Notes under the pieces: model-generated
The model's database searches: none
Told to the model about the DNA's origin: nothing
The model's input: the letters and a program-made list of their open reading frames with translations, nothing else
Shown: positions 1 to 9,484 of the stretch, piece by piece
How positions within the stretch are numbered: the first letter of the stretch is position 1
How the letters are laid out: every line of letters begins with the position of its first letter
From: an uncultured Desulfobacteraceae bacterium
GTDB lineage: Bacteria > Desulfobacterota > Desulfobacteria > Desulfobacterales > UBA5852
Length of the DNA stretch: 64,000 nt
Reading direction: 5' to 3'
NCBI GenBank assembly: GCA_913060875.1
Contig: CAJXSL010000008.1
Coordinates: forward strand, 18,807 to 82,806
Program-made: the position numbers and the translations under genes

Positions 1-149
1 ACCTGTTGAAATCACGCCATTAATAAAAAACTAACGGTCTGATCGGCCATTTCGGCATGCGTGTTGCATTAAAAAATGAGCGTCGTTCATTGATTCATTT
101 TTTATTTTTTTGGGCTTAAGATTTAAACTATCCCCAAACGAGGTGAGCC

Positions 150-347
150 ATGATTTCGTCTCCATGCCGCAATTGTGAAAAGAGACACCTGTCCAAGGAT
201 GAATGTCTTGAAACCTGCGAGAAACTCGCGCAAATCCGGAACATGCAATTCAGCCGACGGGAAGTCAACTTCTGCCACGCCATCGATTATGCGGACGACA
301 ACCGGTTTCTCATTGGATACGTGGACACCAAACGCGTAGCCGCCTAG
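150..347 (+). CDS. Small Cys-rich hypothetical protein
   Basis: SD GAGGTGA before the ATG; SPCxxC...CxxxC motif; 65 aa. Confidence 0.65.
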   Translation: MISSPCRNCEKRHLSKDECLETCEKLAQIRNMQFSRREVNFCHAIDYADDNRFLIGYVDTKRVAA

Positions 348-521
348 TTCAGGAATTACGCCGGACACCCTGGCGAACATTTACGGAAAGACGCGTGTCA
401 CAGCCATTGTTGGGCCTCCTTAGAGCACGGGGCCGGCTCAAACGGCGGCATACTGAAAAGGCCATCGGTATTCCGTTGGACATCAGGCCCCGGGATGTAT
501 TGTCAGACCTCCCTCCCTCCG

Positions 522-552
522 AAAAGGTCTGCCGGAAACGGCAGGCCTTTTT
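522..552 (+). terminator. Rho-independent terminator, possibly bidirectional
   Basis: AAAAGGTCTGCCG-GAAA-CGGCAGGCCTTTTT hairpin with a T run. Confidence 0.7.
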
Positions 553-705
553 GGGTTCCATCGCCCCTGAAACGGGCGGGTGGACCCGGACCTGTTTTCT
601 GATATACCCCTGAAGATCATTTTACATCCCTACCCATTCGTCCTAAAATCCTGTAAAGGCATATCAGTGGCAAGCATCCAAAACGAATGTGACAAGCGAT
701 CCCCC

Positions 706-1212
706 ATGGTGACAATACGACAAGCCAAACCATCCGATCTCCCGGATATCGTGGCGATCCATATTCAAAGTTGGCAGGACGCCTATGCGAATGTCTTACC
801 GGCGGAATTTCTGACCGATTCCATTGCCCGTGTATTGGAAAAACATTGGGAAAAAATCGAAATTCAACCAAACGACATTTTGCTGGTAGCGGAGGAAGGA
901 TCCATCGTGGGGTTTGCCGCTGTTTGGTGCCGACCCCATCCCTTTATTGATAACCTGCATGTAAAGCCGTCGCAGAGGTCCAGGAAAATCGGTTCCGCCC
1001 TGATGAACGCGGTGGCCCGGGAGCTCATCCATAAAGGGCAGCAAAGCGCTTATCTTTGGCTGTTTGAAAGGAATACAAGCGCCATGCGGTTTTACGGACG
1101 ACTGGGTGGCATTCCGAAAGAACATGCCATTAAAAACGTGTTCGGACACGATGTTCCGAGTCGCAAAATCGAATGGGACGGTCGGTCTCTGGCGAACCTT
1201 GCATCCGCATGA
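706..1212 (+). CDS. GNAT family N-acetyltransferase
   Basis: MVTIRQAKPSDL start; LHVKPSQRSRKIGSALM acetyl-CoA motif; NTSAMRFYGRLG. Start moved to ATG 706. Confidence 0.85.
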   Translation: MVTIRQAKPSDLPDIVAIHIQSWQDAYANVLPAEFLTDSIARVLEKHWEKIEIQPNDILLVAEEGSIVGFAAVWCRPHPFIDNLHVKPSQRSRKIGSALMNAVARELIHKGQQSAYLWLFERNTSAMRFYGRLGGIPKEHAIKNVFGHDVPSRKIEWDGRSLANLASA

Positions 1213-1241
1213 TCGCCTGATCAATCCTCAGTGGGCATGAC

Positions 1242-2624
1242 ATGAATAGGGAGGATGTCATGAAGACGGTCAAACAGGTCGAAGACGTGGTCAATGGGAC
1301 CCTGATCAAATCCGGAAGCCGGATCTATGCGTCCGGCAACGCGGCAACACCGCAGGTCCTGTTGCGGCAACTGGCGCGGGACCCGGCGATCCAGGGCGTC
1401 GAGCTGATCGGCGTCCTGTTTCTGGGAGAACTGGAAGACCTGTTTGCCGAAGCCAGTTGTGGACGGATCACCCATCGCGTCATCTTCAACAGCCATCATA
1501 CCCGGGAGGCGGTGAACAAGGGCTGGGCCAAATACCAGTTGATGCATCTGGGGGATATCCCCAGACAGGTACGGCATTGCCTGCACCCCAATGTGGCCAT
1601 GATTTCCGTTGCCGGACCGGATACCGGCGGCAACTACAGCCTGGGGACGACCTCCGAGGGCGTCATGGCCGCCATCGCGGCGGTCAAAGCCCAGGGCGGG
1701 ATCATCATTGCCGAGCGCAACGCCCAGATGCCCTTTGTGTTGGGGGATACGGTGCCGGCGGCCTTGATCGACTATCGCTTGGATACGGATTATCCGCTGC
1801 CCGCAAGTCCGGTACAGCCTGCCGACGATAACGCCCGGCGTATCGGCCGCATCATCGCCGAGCGGTTTGTCGAAGATCGCAGCACCATCCAGTTCGGCAT
1901 CGGCCAGGTGCCCGAAGCGGTTACGGAAGCCATTCTCGACAAAGGGGTCCGCGACCTGGGGATTCACACCGAGCTTTTCGCCGATGCCATGGTGCGCCTG
2001 GTGGATGCGGGGGTCGTGACCAATCGTTTCACGGCCACGCGCAACAATTTCAGCATTGCGTCCATTTTCCTGGCCAACGACGCTTCCGGTTACGAATGGC
2101 TCCATTACAACTCTTCGGTGCAGAGCCGTCCCGCCGACTATACGAACAACATCCTCAATATTGCCGCGCAGCCCCGGATGGTTGCCATCAATGCCGCTAT
2201 CGGGGTTGATCTCCATGGCAACATCTGGGCCGATTCCATGCGGGCGCGCTGGATCTACAGCGGGGTGGGCGGCCAGTGCGATTTCATCCGGGGGGCCAAT
2301 CTTTCGGCCGGCGGCGTGCCGATCATTGCGCTCAAATCCCTGACTTCCAAGGGCGTTTCCAAGGTCGTGGATATGTGCCCCAAGGGCATTACCACCACGG
2401 CCATCGCAGCCGATCCGGTGGTCATCGTCACCGAAAACGGCGCATTGGATCCCCGTGGCCTCAGCATTTCCGAACGGGCAGTGGGTATTGCCCATCTGGC
2501 CTCGCCGGAGGTCAAAGAACAGCTGCTGCGGGAGATATACGACAGCCCGGAGTTCCACCGCCCGGGTGCTGCGCTCGCCGGCGGCGTTGCCAAGGGGTTT
2601 ATCCCCTATGAGGCGATCAGGTAG
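1242..2624 (+). CDS. Acetyl-CoA hydrolase/transferase family (4-hydroxybutyrate CoA-transferase-like)
   Basis: IQFGIGQVP, DLGIHTE (catalytic Glu), SGVGGQCDFIRGA, VTENG motifs. Confidence 0.88.
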   Translation: MNREDVMKTVKQVEDVVNGTLIKSGSRIYASGNAATPQVLLRQLARDPAIQGVELIGVLFLGELEDLFAEASCGRITHRVIFNSHHTREAVNKGWAKYQLMHLGDIPRQVRHCLHPNVAMISVAGPDTGGNYSLGTTSEGVMAAIAAVKAQGGIIIAERNAQMPFVLGDTVPAALIDYRLDTDYPLPASPVQPADDNARRIGRIIAERFVEDRSTIQFGIGQVPEAVTEAILDKGVRDLGIHTELFADAMVRLVDAGVVTNRFTATRNNFSIASIFLANDASGYEWLHYNSSVQSRPADYTNNILNIAAQPRMVAINAAIGVDLHGNIWADSMRARWIYSGVGGQCDFIRGANLSAGGVPIIALKSLTSKGVSKVVDMCPKGITTTAIAADPVVIVTENGALDPRGLSISERAVGIAHLASPEVKEQLLREIYDSPEFHRPGAALAGGVAKGFIPYEAIR

Positions 2625-2683
2625 GGTGAGACCTTCATGCGATCCCCAGCCCTTTTGTTTTCCACGGAATTCCTGCGACGGAG

Positions 2684-3256
2684 CTACCTGGATTTCTGAT
2701 AGGTCCCCATCAATTCAGCCGTTGCGAGAATGTGATCCCGCATGGCCGCCTCAACCTGGGGTTTGGTCGGCGTGCCCAACCCGGTCAGTGTCGTATCGAG
2801 GGCATACAGTTTGAAAAAATACCGGTGCCGGCCGATCGGCGGGCAGGGGCCGCCATAGCCGGTGCGCTTCCAGTCGTTCAGGCCCTCTTTTGTCCCGGGT
2901 GGAAGATCTGCGGAAGCAATACTTTCCGCCAAACCGCTTGTGGCCGGTGGGATGTTGTAGAGAACCCAGTGGACCCACGTCATTTTGGGGGCCTGGGGGT
3001 CGGGGGCATCCGGGTCGTCCACGATGAGGACCAGGCTGCGGGTATCCCCAGGTGTCCCCTCCCATGTCAGGGCCGGGGAGATGTCTTCGCCCTGGCATGT
3101 GTGGACATTGGGGATGGCCCCCGCATGTTCAAAGGCGGTCGATGAGATGATCAGTGTCATTTGATCCTCCGCATGTGAATGGTTGCCGGTAAGGCTGATT
3201 GCCAGACCGAACGCCAATAGAAATGCAACCTGCCGACAGGTGGCCCTGGAATGCAT
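2684..3256 (-). CDS. YbhB/YbcL (PEBP, Raf kinase inhibitor-like) protein with signal peptide
   Basis: DDPDAP, WVHWVLYNIP, YGGPCPP, HRYFFKLYALD motifs. Confidence 0.92.
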   Translation of the reverse strand: MHSRATCRQVAFLLAFGLAISLTGNHSHAEDQMTLIISSTAFEHAGAIPNVHTCQGEDISPALTWEGTPGDTRSLVLIVDDPDAPDPQAPKMTWVHWVLYNIPPATSGLAESIASADLPPGTKEGLNDWKRTGYGGPCPPIGRHRYFFKLYALDTTLTGLGTPTKPQVEAAMRDHILATAELMGTYQKSR

Positions 3257-3655
3257 GCATCCGTCACGATTGGCTTCATGCGATTTTCTTTCCTTGAGCT
3301 TCTTATGGATGGAAATGACTTCATGCTCTTGCCGGGCAGTTACGCGACCCGTTCGAACGCAAAAAACGGGAACCGGGGTGGGTCAACAGGTGACGGGTGT
3401 GTCAGAAGCGAATGAACTAGCTCAGAATTATGAAGAACGGTTATGTTTGTCAAGATGATAAATCAGGCCTTGCCGGGGGTGAGACACATCCTCTTATCCT
3501 ATCCTCCTATCAATTGAGGAAACAGCAAGTGTCGATTTTGTACACTTGGCAGTTCCAGGCAAGTTGACTGAACAATTATGCATCAGTCACATGGTGTATC
3601 CGACACGCTTGTAACTGGAAGTGGCACAAGACCATGTTGATTTTTATTATTTTCT

Positions 3656-3681
3656 TGTCACACTTTTTAAATAGATGAGTC
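3656..3681 (+). promoter_or_regulatory. Putative ECF-type autoregulatory promoter
   Basis: TGTCACA-N15-AGTC just upstream of the ECF sigma gene; resembles the TGTCACA..CGTC ECF promoter class. Confidence 0.45.
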
Positions 3682-3719
3682 TAAATAGAAAAACACATTT
3701 TAACTGAAGGATTGATTAG

Positions 3720-4556
3720 ATGGGTTCAAATTTAGAACAATTCGTCAGGCGGGCAAAAAATGGGAATCTGCAGGCACTCGAAGAGGTCGCCTGTGGTATC
3801 CAAGAGAAAATTTATGGTTTGGCATTGCGAATGCTGGGTCACCAAGAAGATGCAGAAGATGAGACACAGGAGATTCTAATCAAGGTGATAACACATTTAA
3901 GTGACTTTCGTGAAGAAAGTGCTTTCAGTTCCTGGGTATACAGAATCGCCTGTAATCATCTTCTGACTGTACGGAAAAAACGATACGAACGCATGGATTT
4001 AACATTCGATCTAATGGAAGAATCGGTTTCTGCCGGGCTTGAAAATATGGAACCTCTGACTGTTTCAGGACCGGAGCGGGATGTCTTGTTGGAAGAAACC
4101 AGGGTCGGTTGTATGCAGGGAGCTCTTGTCTGTCTGAAGAGGGAAGTGCGAATAGCCTTTATTCTTGGTGAACAATATGGGGTAACCAGTAAAGAAGGTG
4201 CTTTTATATTGGATATCACGCCTGAACTGTTCCGCAAACGCCTTTCCCGCGGCAGGAAGAGTTTACAGAATTTCATGCAAAAAAACTGTGGCCTTGTCAA
4301 TAAGGACAATGCCTGCAGGTGTCACAGGCAAGCCGGAGGACGCTTGAAAAATGGCCTGATCGATATGACTTTTGTTAACAAGGAAAATGCTTCAAAAGGC
4401 AGATCTGAAGCTGTGGCCCATTTAGGGGAATTGGCTGAAATCGACCGTACTGTCGCAATGTATCGCCATTATCCAGAATATCATACTCCGGAGTCGTTTG
4501 CTCATATTATGAAAGATTTAATAAATTCAGGGAAATACAAATTCTTTAATCAATAA
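3720..4556 (+). CDS. ECF RNA polymerase sigma factor with Cys-containing C-terminal extension
   Basis: DAEDETQE, FSSWVYRIACN (region 2); region 4 ending FRKRLSRGRK; tail CGLVNKDNACRC. Confidence 0.9.
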   Translation: MGSNLEQFVRRAKNGNLQALEEVACGIQEKIYGLALRMLGHQEDAEDETQEILIKVITHLSDFREESAFSSWVYRIACNHLLTVRKKRYERMDLTFDLMEESVSAGLENMEPLTVSGPERDVLLEETRVGCMQGALVCLKREVRIAFILGEQYGVTSKEGAFILDITPELFRKRLSRGRKSLQNFMQKNCGLVNKDNACRCHRQAGGRLKNGLIDMTFVNKENASKGRSEAVAHLGELAEIDRTVAMYRHYPEYHTPESFAHIMKDLINSGKYKFFNQ

Positions 4557-4591
4557 AATCTTTCTTAAAAACTTAATCATAAGGAGAAAAA

Positions 4592-4837
4592 ATGAAACAG
4601 CATAATTGTGAAAACTGTGGTTTAAGATCACGTTACGACCAGAACCCAAGATCCATTATAGGTCGTTTGTGGAGGTGGCACATCAACTGGTGTCCCGGAT
4701 GGAAAAAGTACATCACCTCATTGCCGGATGAAGATCGAAACAGGATTTCACGAACATACAATATGAAAAAATATCAAAAGGGGGATGGGACCATCGGTTT
4801 CGAATTGCAGGAGCAGACTTCGAACCAACTTAAGTAA
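4592..4837 (+). CDS. Small hypothetical protein (CxxC ... WRWHxxWCPGW)
   Basis: Strong SD AAGGAG; lies between the ECF and flavoprotein genes in the same orientation. Confidence 0.75.
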   Translation: MKQHNCENCGLRSRYDQNPRSIIGRLWRWHINWCPGWKKYITSLPDEDRNRISRTYNMKKYQKGDGTIGFELQEQTSNQLK

Positions 4838-4882
4838 TATAATAAAAAATTCGCAGAACCAAAACCAGAGGAGAATTAAGCA

Positions 4883-5584
4883 ATGAAAGTATTGGGCATT
4901 TCTGGAAGCCCTAGAAAAGAAGGCACATCAGGGACTTACAAGCTTGTGAAAACAGTTGTGGAGAACACCGGGTGTGAGGTTGAGATTGTCTCTTTAAGAG
5001 GGAAACAGATTTCAGGCTGCATTGCCTGCCTTGGATGTGTCAAGGATAATATTTGCAAGGTAAAGGACGATTTAGAGCCCCTGCGGGAAAAAATAGTGGA
5101 GGCGGACGCCTTTGTGATAGGCGGGCCCAATTATTTCAACAACCTGAACGCCCTGACACACGCTTTATTTGAGCGTTGGTTCCAGTTCAGGCATCAGGCA
5201 GGTAGTACCCTGTGGGGAAAACTTGCCGTGGCCGTTGGTGTGGGCGGGACCCAGGGGAACGCCCCTGCAGACGAGATTGAAAAAATGTGCATGTATAATT
5301 TAATTGAAACCGTGGCCAAGGTCCAGGGCCAGGGAGCTGCTTCCTGTTATAGCTGCGGGTTCGGGGAAACCTGCGAAGTGGGGATACCTGTCAATCTCCA
5401 CGGCCCAGGGGTTAAATTAACAGACGATATCATTCCGGATGTTGAAAAACAGACAGATGTTATGGCGGCAGCAGCAGATGCGGGAAAGCTGCTTGGACGT
5501 CGCCTTGGTGACGGACATGACAGAACAAAAGTTGCCAGTACAGTCAAGGAAAAAGTCATGGCTATGTTCGGAGAGGCTGTATAA
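4883..5584 (+). CDS. Flavodoxin-fold iron-sulfur flavoprotein (Isf / NADPH-dependent FMN reductase family)
   Basis: GISGSPRK FMN loop; CIACLGCVKDNIC cluster motif; extra CYSCGFGETC motif. Confidence 0.88.
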   Translation: MKVLGISGSPRKEGTSGTYKLVKTVVENTGCEVEIVSLRGKQISGCIACLGCVKDNICKVKDDLEPLREKIVEADAFVIGGPNYFNNLNALTHALFERWFQFRHQAGSTLWGKLAVAVGVGGTQGNAPADEIEKMCMYNLIETVAKVQGQGAASCYSCGFGETCEVGIPVNLHGPGVKLTDDIIPDVEKQTDVMAAAADAGKLLGRRLGDGHDRTKVASTVKEKVMAMFGEAV

Positions 5585-5662
5585 TTGTATAATACATTTG
5601 CTCCGGCTGTTACCGGCAGGGCCGGGTACTCTTAGGGGCAAAAATAACAATCGGTCTATAAT

Positions 5663-5697
5663 TAAACGCCCACGGCTCCTGGTTCGTGGGCGTTTAC
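5663..5697. terminator. Hairpin between convergent genes (probable terminator)
   Basis: TAAACGCCCACG...CGTGGGCGTTTA inverted repeat. Confidence 0.5.
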
Positions 5698-5876
5698 TTC
5701 TTCTGCCAGTAGTTGCTTTTAGGCCAGTCCAAAATCAGAAGGCAAACTGGACTGCGGACTATTGCCAATAGTTCTGAGTGGGGGTAAGAATATCGACACA
5801 TCAAATTAGCCGCCATATGCTTCAGTGTTGGCCGCCGGCAATCTCAGATGGCGGTCTTGTTCCCAGTTTGCCGCCG

Positions 5877-7310
5877 TCATCCATGCAGGGGGCGGCCTAT
5901 GGCCTTCAGGGCGGTTTCGCCGATGATTTCGGCCAGGGTGGGGTGGGCGTGGATCGTGCCCGCCATGTCTTCCACCGTCAGGCCCTTGTTGACGGCCAGG
6001 GTGCCCTCGGCAATCAGCTCGGTGGCATGGGGGCCGATGACGTGCACCCCCAGCACCTGCCCCGTGCGTGATTCGGAGACGATTTTGGCCTGGCCGGCGA
6101 TGTCACCGATGACCTGGGCCTTGCCCAGGGTGCGAAACAGGACTTCATCCGAGCGCACGGCATATCCGGCCTCCCGGGCCTGGGTTTCCGTCAGGCCCAC
6201 GGTCGCGACTTCCGGAGACGTGAATATGGCACCGGGAACAGCCTGGTAATCCATCCGGCGGTCGCCCCCCAGGGCGTTGTCCGCCGCCACCAATCCTTCG
6301 GCGGAAGCCGCGTGGGCCAGCATGACCCGGTCCGGGCCGAGAACATCACCCACGGCAAAGATGGCGGCATCGGCCGTCTGCATGCGGTCGTCGGATTTGA
6401 CCCAGCCCCGTTCGTCCAGTTCCACCCGCGTCTGTTCCAGCCCGATGCCGTCGGTATTGGGCCTGCGGCCCACGGCCACCAAAACGGTGTCCACCGTGAT
6501 GTCGACGGGCGCTTTCTCCTTGGCCGACGGATTGGCCTTGAAGGGCGAGGGGCCGATGACGACCCGCAGCCCCTCGGGATGTTCATGGATGGACTGGACC
6601 GTGCGGTGGACCAGGCACCGCACCCGGCGTTTTTTCATCTCGCGCTGGAGGACCTTGCTGCAGGCCCCATCCACGGACGGCAGGGGCAGCAGACGATCCA
6701 GGGCTTCCACCACGGTGACCTGGGTGCCCAGCGCGCCGAAGATATGGGCGAACTCGCAACCGATGACGCCGCCGCCCACAATCAGGAGAGAGGGCGGCAC
6801 CCGCTCCAGGCACAAAGCGTCGTTGCTGGAGAGAATCCGCCGGCCGTCCACCTCCAGGCCGGGGAGGTCCACCGGTCGCGACCCGGTAGCCAGGATCAGG
6901 CGGTCCCATGCCACTGCGGTGGCCGGGCCGTCCGGCGGGGTGACTTCGGTGACGCCGGTTTTCAAAATTTTGGCGGTGCCGTTGTGGTAGCGTATGCGGT
7001 GATGGTCAAAGAGGTTGCGCAGCCCCTTGATCTGATCCTGAATGACTTTTTCCTTGCGCGCCATCAGCCGGCCCATGTCCACGGCCATGTCGCCCGGCAG
7101 GGTGATCCCGAAATCGGCCGCCCGGTGGCAACGCTCCCAAAGTTCAGCCGTGGAAATCAGAACCTTGGAGGGGATGCACCCCCAGTTGAGGCAGGTGCCG
7201 CCGGGGTTTTCCTTCTCGACCAAGGTGACTTCCGCTCCTTGCTGGGCCGCGCGAACCGCGGCCACATAACCGCCCGGTCCGGCGCCCATGACACAAATGC
7301 GAGGGGCCAT
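5877..7310 (-). CDS. lpdA: Dihydrolipoyl dehydrogenase (glycine cleavage L protein)
   Basis: GAGPGGY; GGTCLNWGCIPSK disulfide; HAHPTLAE; divergent from the gcv operon. Confidence 0.95.
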   Translation of the reverse strand: MAPRICVMGAGPGGYVAAVRAAQQGAEVTLVEKENPGGTCLNWGCIPSKVLISTAELWERCHRAADFGITLPGDMAVDMGRLMARKEKVIQDQIKGLRNLFDHHRIRYHNGTAKILKTGVTEVTPPDGPATAVAWDRLILATGSRPVDLPGLEVDGRRILSSNDALCLERVPPSLLIVGGGVIGCEFAHIFGALGTQVTVVEALDRLLPLPSVDGACSKVLQREMKKRRVRCLVHRTVQSIHEHPEGLRVVIGPSPFKANPSAKEKAPVDITVDTVLVAVGRRPNTDGIGLEQTRVELDERGWVKSDDRMQTADAAIFAVGDVLGPDRVMLAHAASAEGLVAADNALGGDRRMDYQAVPGAIFTSPEVATVGLTETQAREAGYAVRSDEVLFRTLGKAQVIGDIAGQAKIVSESRTGQVLGVHVIGPHATELIAEGTLAVNKGLTVEDMAGTIHAHPTLAEIIGETALKAIGRPLHG

Positions 7311-7801
7311 TGTCCGTCTCCTTTGCTGTGGGCTATCCCGAACATTTCATAAAATTTTAACCCTATGGGCGCATGAAACATCCGGGCTAGTGGCATAGAA
7401 AACCCCTAAAGAATGTTGACCGCGGCGTCAACGCCGCCAATAGGGGTTGGCGTGGTCAATAAAAGTTAACAAATGGTAAAAAATTGAAAATCATCTTGAT
7501 TAATTCATAAAAACTATATAACGATTTTTATGGATCAATCAATTCATTTGATGGTGTTGTCTGATTTCAAACACCGGCTGGAAGGAACGACACCGCCCTT
7601 GTTTTTCGGAACCATCGAATAGCCGTGGTGTCGTGACCTGATGTCAACCCAGACGGCGGCTGCCAGCCTGTTGCACGCGCTCACGGCCGTTCGGAATACG
7701 CGGCTCCGTACGGCTGAATGCAAACTCCCACTCATATTCGCCCCTGGCCATGTTCCGCGCTGCGCCGCCAATCAGCATTCACCCCCTCAGGAGAGGCTGT
7801 C

Positions 7802-9073
7802 ATGACATCTCTGAAAACTTCTTTGCATGCCTGGCATACCGGGCATGGCGCCCGCATGGGGCTGTTCGGCGGTTACGACATGCCCCTGTGGTATGCCTCG
7901 GCCAAGGATGAGCATCTGGCCGTACTGAATCATGCCGGTATTTTCGACACCAGTCACATGGCCGTGGTCCTGGTGGAAGGCCCCGGAGCCTTAGACCTGC
8001 TGCAATTTTGTTTTACCAATGATTTGACGGCCTGTCTGGGGCCGCGCAAAGCATCGCTCCGTCCAGGCCGGGCGGTTTACGGCGCCTTTCTGGACGCCCA
8101 AGGCCATGTGGTCGACGATGCCATTGTGTTTATGCTGGCAGCCGATGCCTTCATGGTGGTGGTGAATGCGGGCATGGGACCGGCCGTGGCCGCGCACCTG
8201 GTTCAGCATGGCGGGGCGTATGCCGCCCGCGTGACCGACCTTTCCGGGCAAGTCGGCAAGATGGACGTGCAGGGACCCATGGCCGCCCGCATGCTATACG
8301 ATGTTCTGGCCGAACCGGAAACCGTGTTCGACGCCATGCCCTATTTCAGCTTCAAAGGCGGCTTTACGGACGCCATACCGTCCTGGGGTGCGGTGGTGAC
8401 CCGCCAGGGGGTGCCATTGCTGTTGTCGCGCACGGGCTATACGGGGGAATTCGGATTCGAACTTTTTGCAGGCCCGGAACAGATCGTCGCCCTCTGGGAG
8501 GCGATCGTGGCGGCCGGCGCTTCCCTTGGGGCGGTTCCCTGCGGGCTGGCGGCCCGGGATTCCCTGCGTGCCGGCGCCGGTCTGCCGCTGTCCCACCAGG
8601 ACATCGGCGCCTGGCCTTTTTGCCGTCACCCCTGGCCTTTTGCGCTGCCCTACCGGCCCGGCACCCAGGAATTCTCCAAACCGTTTCTGGGGGACACCGC
8701 GCTGCAAACGTGCCAGGGACCCTATACCTATCCCTTTATCGGCCGGGATCTTCGCAAGGTCACCCTGCCGGCCGAAGTGCTGGACGCCAGCGGCCGGTCG
8801 ATCGGCGATGTCCTCACGTGCGTCACGGATATGGCGGTCGGCCGGCACGAAGGCCGTGTTTTCAGTATTCGCAGCCCGGACCGCCCGAAGGATTTCAGGG
8901 GCGGCGGGCTCTGTTGCGGGTTTGTACGGGTCGCCGACCCGTTGCCCCTGGATGCGCCATTGGCCTTGAAGGATAAACGCCGCCGGATCGATGTCCGGAT
9001 TGTCAAAGACATCCGGCCGGATCGAACCGCACGTCAACCGATTCACACATTGCTGCAACCAAAGGAGGAGTAA
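7802..9073 (+). CDS. gcvT: Glycine cleavage system T protein (aminomethyltransferase)
   Basis: GYDMPLWY, IFDTSHM, SRTGYTGEFGFE, GLAARDSLR; SD GGAGAGG before ATG 7802. Confidence 0.92.
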   Translation: MTSLKTSLHAWHTGHGARMGLFGGYDMPLWYASAKDEHLAVLNHAGIFDTSHMAVVLVEGPGALDLLQFCFTNDLTACLGPRKASLRPGRAVYGAFLDAQGHVVDDAIVFMLAADAFMVVVNAGMGPAVAAHLVQHGGAYAARVTDLSGQVGKMDVQGPMAARMLYDVLAEPETVFDAMPYFSFKGGFTDAIPSWGAVVTRQGVPLLLSRTGYTGEFGFELFAGPEQIVALWEAIVAAGASLGAVPCGLAARDSLRAGAGLPLSHQDIGAWPFCRHPWPFALPYRPGTQEFSKPFLGDTALQTCQGPYTYPFIGRDLRKVTLPAEVLDASGRSIGDVLTCVTDMAVGRHEGRVFSIRSPDRPKDFRGGGLCCGFVRVADPLPLDAPLALKDKRRRIDVRIVKDIRPDRTARQPIHTLLQPKEE

Positions 9074-9076
9074 TTC

Positions 9077-9484
9077 ATGAAAGAGCTCAGTGAAGTCAAC
9101 CTGCCCGAAGACGTTCGCTACACCAAGGATCACGAGTGGGCGCGCCCGAAGGGGGAGGCCTTCCAGATCGGCATAACCGATTTTGCCCAGGACCAGTTGG
9201 GGGACATCGTTTTTGTCGAACTGCCGGAGACCGGAGACCGCTTCGAAAGCGGTGACGAGTTCGGCACGGTGGAATCGGTCAAGGCGGTGTCCGAGCTTTT
9301 TATGCCCATGGGCGGTGAAGTGGTCGCCATCAACGAGGCCCTGGAGGATTCCCCCGAGCTGGTCAACACCGCCCCTTACACGGACGGTTGGATGCTGGAG
9401 ATCAAGGTTGGCGATCCGGCCGCTTATGACCAGCTGATGGACCGGGCCGCTTACCTCGACATGCTGAAAGGATTAGAGGAATGA
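9077..9484 (+). CDS. gcvH: Glycine cleavage system H protein
   Basis: YTKDHEW; VESVKAVS lipoyl-Lys motif. Confidence 0.97.
   Translation: MKELSEVNLPEDVRYTKDHEWARPKGEAFQIGITDFAQDQLGDIVFVELPETGDRFESGDEFGTVESVKAVSELFMPMGGEVVAINEALEDSPELVNTAPYTDGWMLEIKVGDPAAYDQLMDRAAYLDMLKGLEE

Noticed and set aside
1221-2558. Long antisense ORFs (also 10842-12770, 24874-26967, 30749-32224, 56066-57421, 57733-59208, 59962-61188)
   Set aside because: Shadow frames opposite well-supported genes in GC-rich DNA, with no motifs
7520-7801. Glycine riboswitch expected in the long gcvT leader
   Set aside because: Only a lone CTCAGG near the SD; the ordered GGAGA..CCGAAG..CTCTCAGG aptamer core is not recognisable
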